64,000 bases of DNA, taken from NCBI GenBank assembly GCA_963849325.1, contig CAWKHF010000002.1, forward strand, positions 384,001-448,000. Direction: 5' to 3'. The notes under the pieces are model-generated. The model saw nothing but the letters and a program-made list of their open reading frames with translations. It ran no database searches and was not told the origin of the DNA. This document shows positions 63,369 through 64,000 of this stretch, piece after piece. This stretch comes from an uncultured Planctomycetota bacterium (GTDB lineage: Bacteria > Planctomycetota > Planctomycetia > Gemmatales > Gemmataceae). Numbering within the stretch: the stretch's first letter is position 1; every line of letters begins with the position of its first letter. The translations under genes were made by a program, and so were the position numbers.

Positions 63369-64000
63369 TCAATCCTTGTTGGCGCCGCGGGTTGGTGAAT
63401 CGAGCCATCCCATCGTGCGAAACCACGCCACGGTCTCGGCGAGCGTCTCGGCCACCGGACGCGGCCGCAGTCCGAGTTCGGCGAGGCTGCGCCGCGCGTC
63501 GAAGTGCATGAGGCGGCGCGTCAGCTTGACTCCGGTGACGGTCGCGGCCGGCGCCCTATGGGTAATGACATCAGCGACGAATTCGCTGGCATACGCTGCC
63601 GCCAGGGCGACAGGGTAGGGCACGCGCCAGCGTGGCTCCGGCAGGCCGGTCAAGCGAGCGAGCATCTGAAACACGGTGAGGATCGACAGGTTTTCGTGTC
63701 CCAACAAATAGCGCCGGCCGGGGCGACCGCGCTCCATGGTGCGGACCATGCCCTCGGCCACATCGCGGACGTTGATGAGGTTGAGGTTGGCGTCGAGGTA
63801 TTCGCGGCGTTTGCCCTGGCAGAAATCGAGCATCATCTGCGTCGGCGGCGTCCGGCCGAAGTCGCCGGGACCGACCGGCAACGTCGGGTTGACCACGACC
63901 ACCGGAGCGCCGGCGCGGCCCAGGCGCAAGGCGTGCCGTTCGGCCAGGTATTTCGACCGACAGTAAGGTCCGATGACATCCTCGTAAGTGATGGGCTGCT
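63369..64000 (-). CDS. hpnA: Hopanoid-associated NAD-dependent epimerase/dehydratase (HpnA-like), 5'-truncated by window edge
   Basis: GPYCRSKYLAE (YxxxK), VVVNPTLPVGPGD...TPP, NVRDVAEG, GRRYLLG; same strand as shc. Confidence 0.8.
   Translation of the reverse strand, partial: QPITYEDVIGPYCRSKYLAERHALRLGRAGAPVVVVNPTLPVGPGDFGRTPPTQMMLDFCQGKRREYLDANLNLINVRDVAEGMVRTMERGRPGRRYLLGHENLSILTVFQMLARLTGLPEPRWRVPYPVALAAAYASEFVADVITHRAPAATVTGVKLTRRLMHFDARRSLAELGLRPRPVAETLAETVAWFRTMGWLDSPTRGANKD

Overview
High-GC (roughly 65-70%) bacterial chromosomal window, most likely Planctomycetota (Gemmatales-like). This is inferred from the secreted HEAT and WD40 repeat proteins, ECF/anti-sigma pairs, Ser/Thr kinases and hopanoid genes. 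Many single-base frameshifts split otherwise intact genes and look like uncorrected long-read errors, so coordinates of split genes are approximate. Core content: lpxA, a rimK/rimB-like pair, a two-component pair, purA-uppS-cdsA-phoH-7TM-HD, glgX, rho, an M32 carboxypeptidase, two ECF loci, a sigma-70 factor, a REC-GGDEF protein and a hopanoid cluster (hpnA // shc-hpnH-hpnG). The most unusual element is a ~4.4 kb insert between hpnA and shc. It carries one uninterrupted 1045-aa ORF that fuses a Ser/Thr kinase and two GYF_2-like domains to a full-length RuvB Holliday-junction motor with an MEDF->MKDF change. It also carries two convergent toxin-antitoxin modules whose toxins (PIN and MazF) are cut at one shared junction. 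Other highlights: a sharply bounded ~0.5 kb codon-scrambled patch inside a secreted hydrolase gene; an Rpn-like gene with an internal SD+ATG; a catalytically dead C26 hydrolase; an M56 tail remnant on a 28-repeat WD40 protein; and several REP-like palindrome families, one of which supplies the same SEPEA-stop C-terminus to three genes. No rRNA, tRNA or CRISPR array was recognised.
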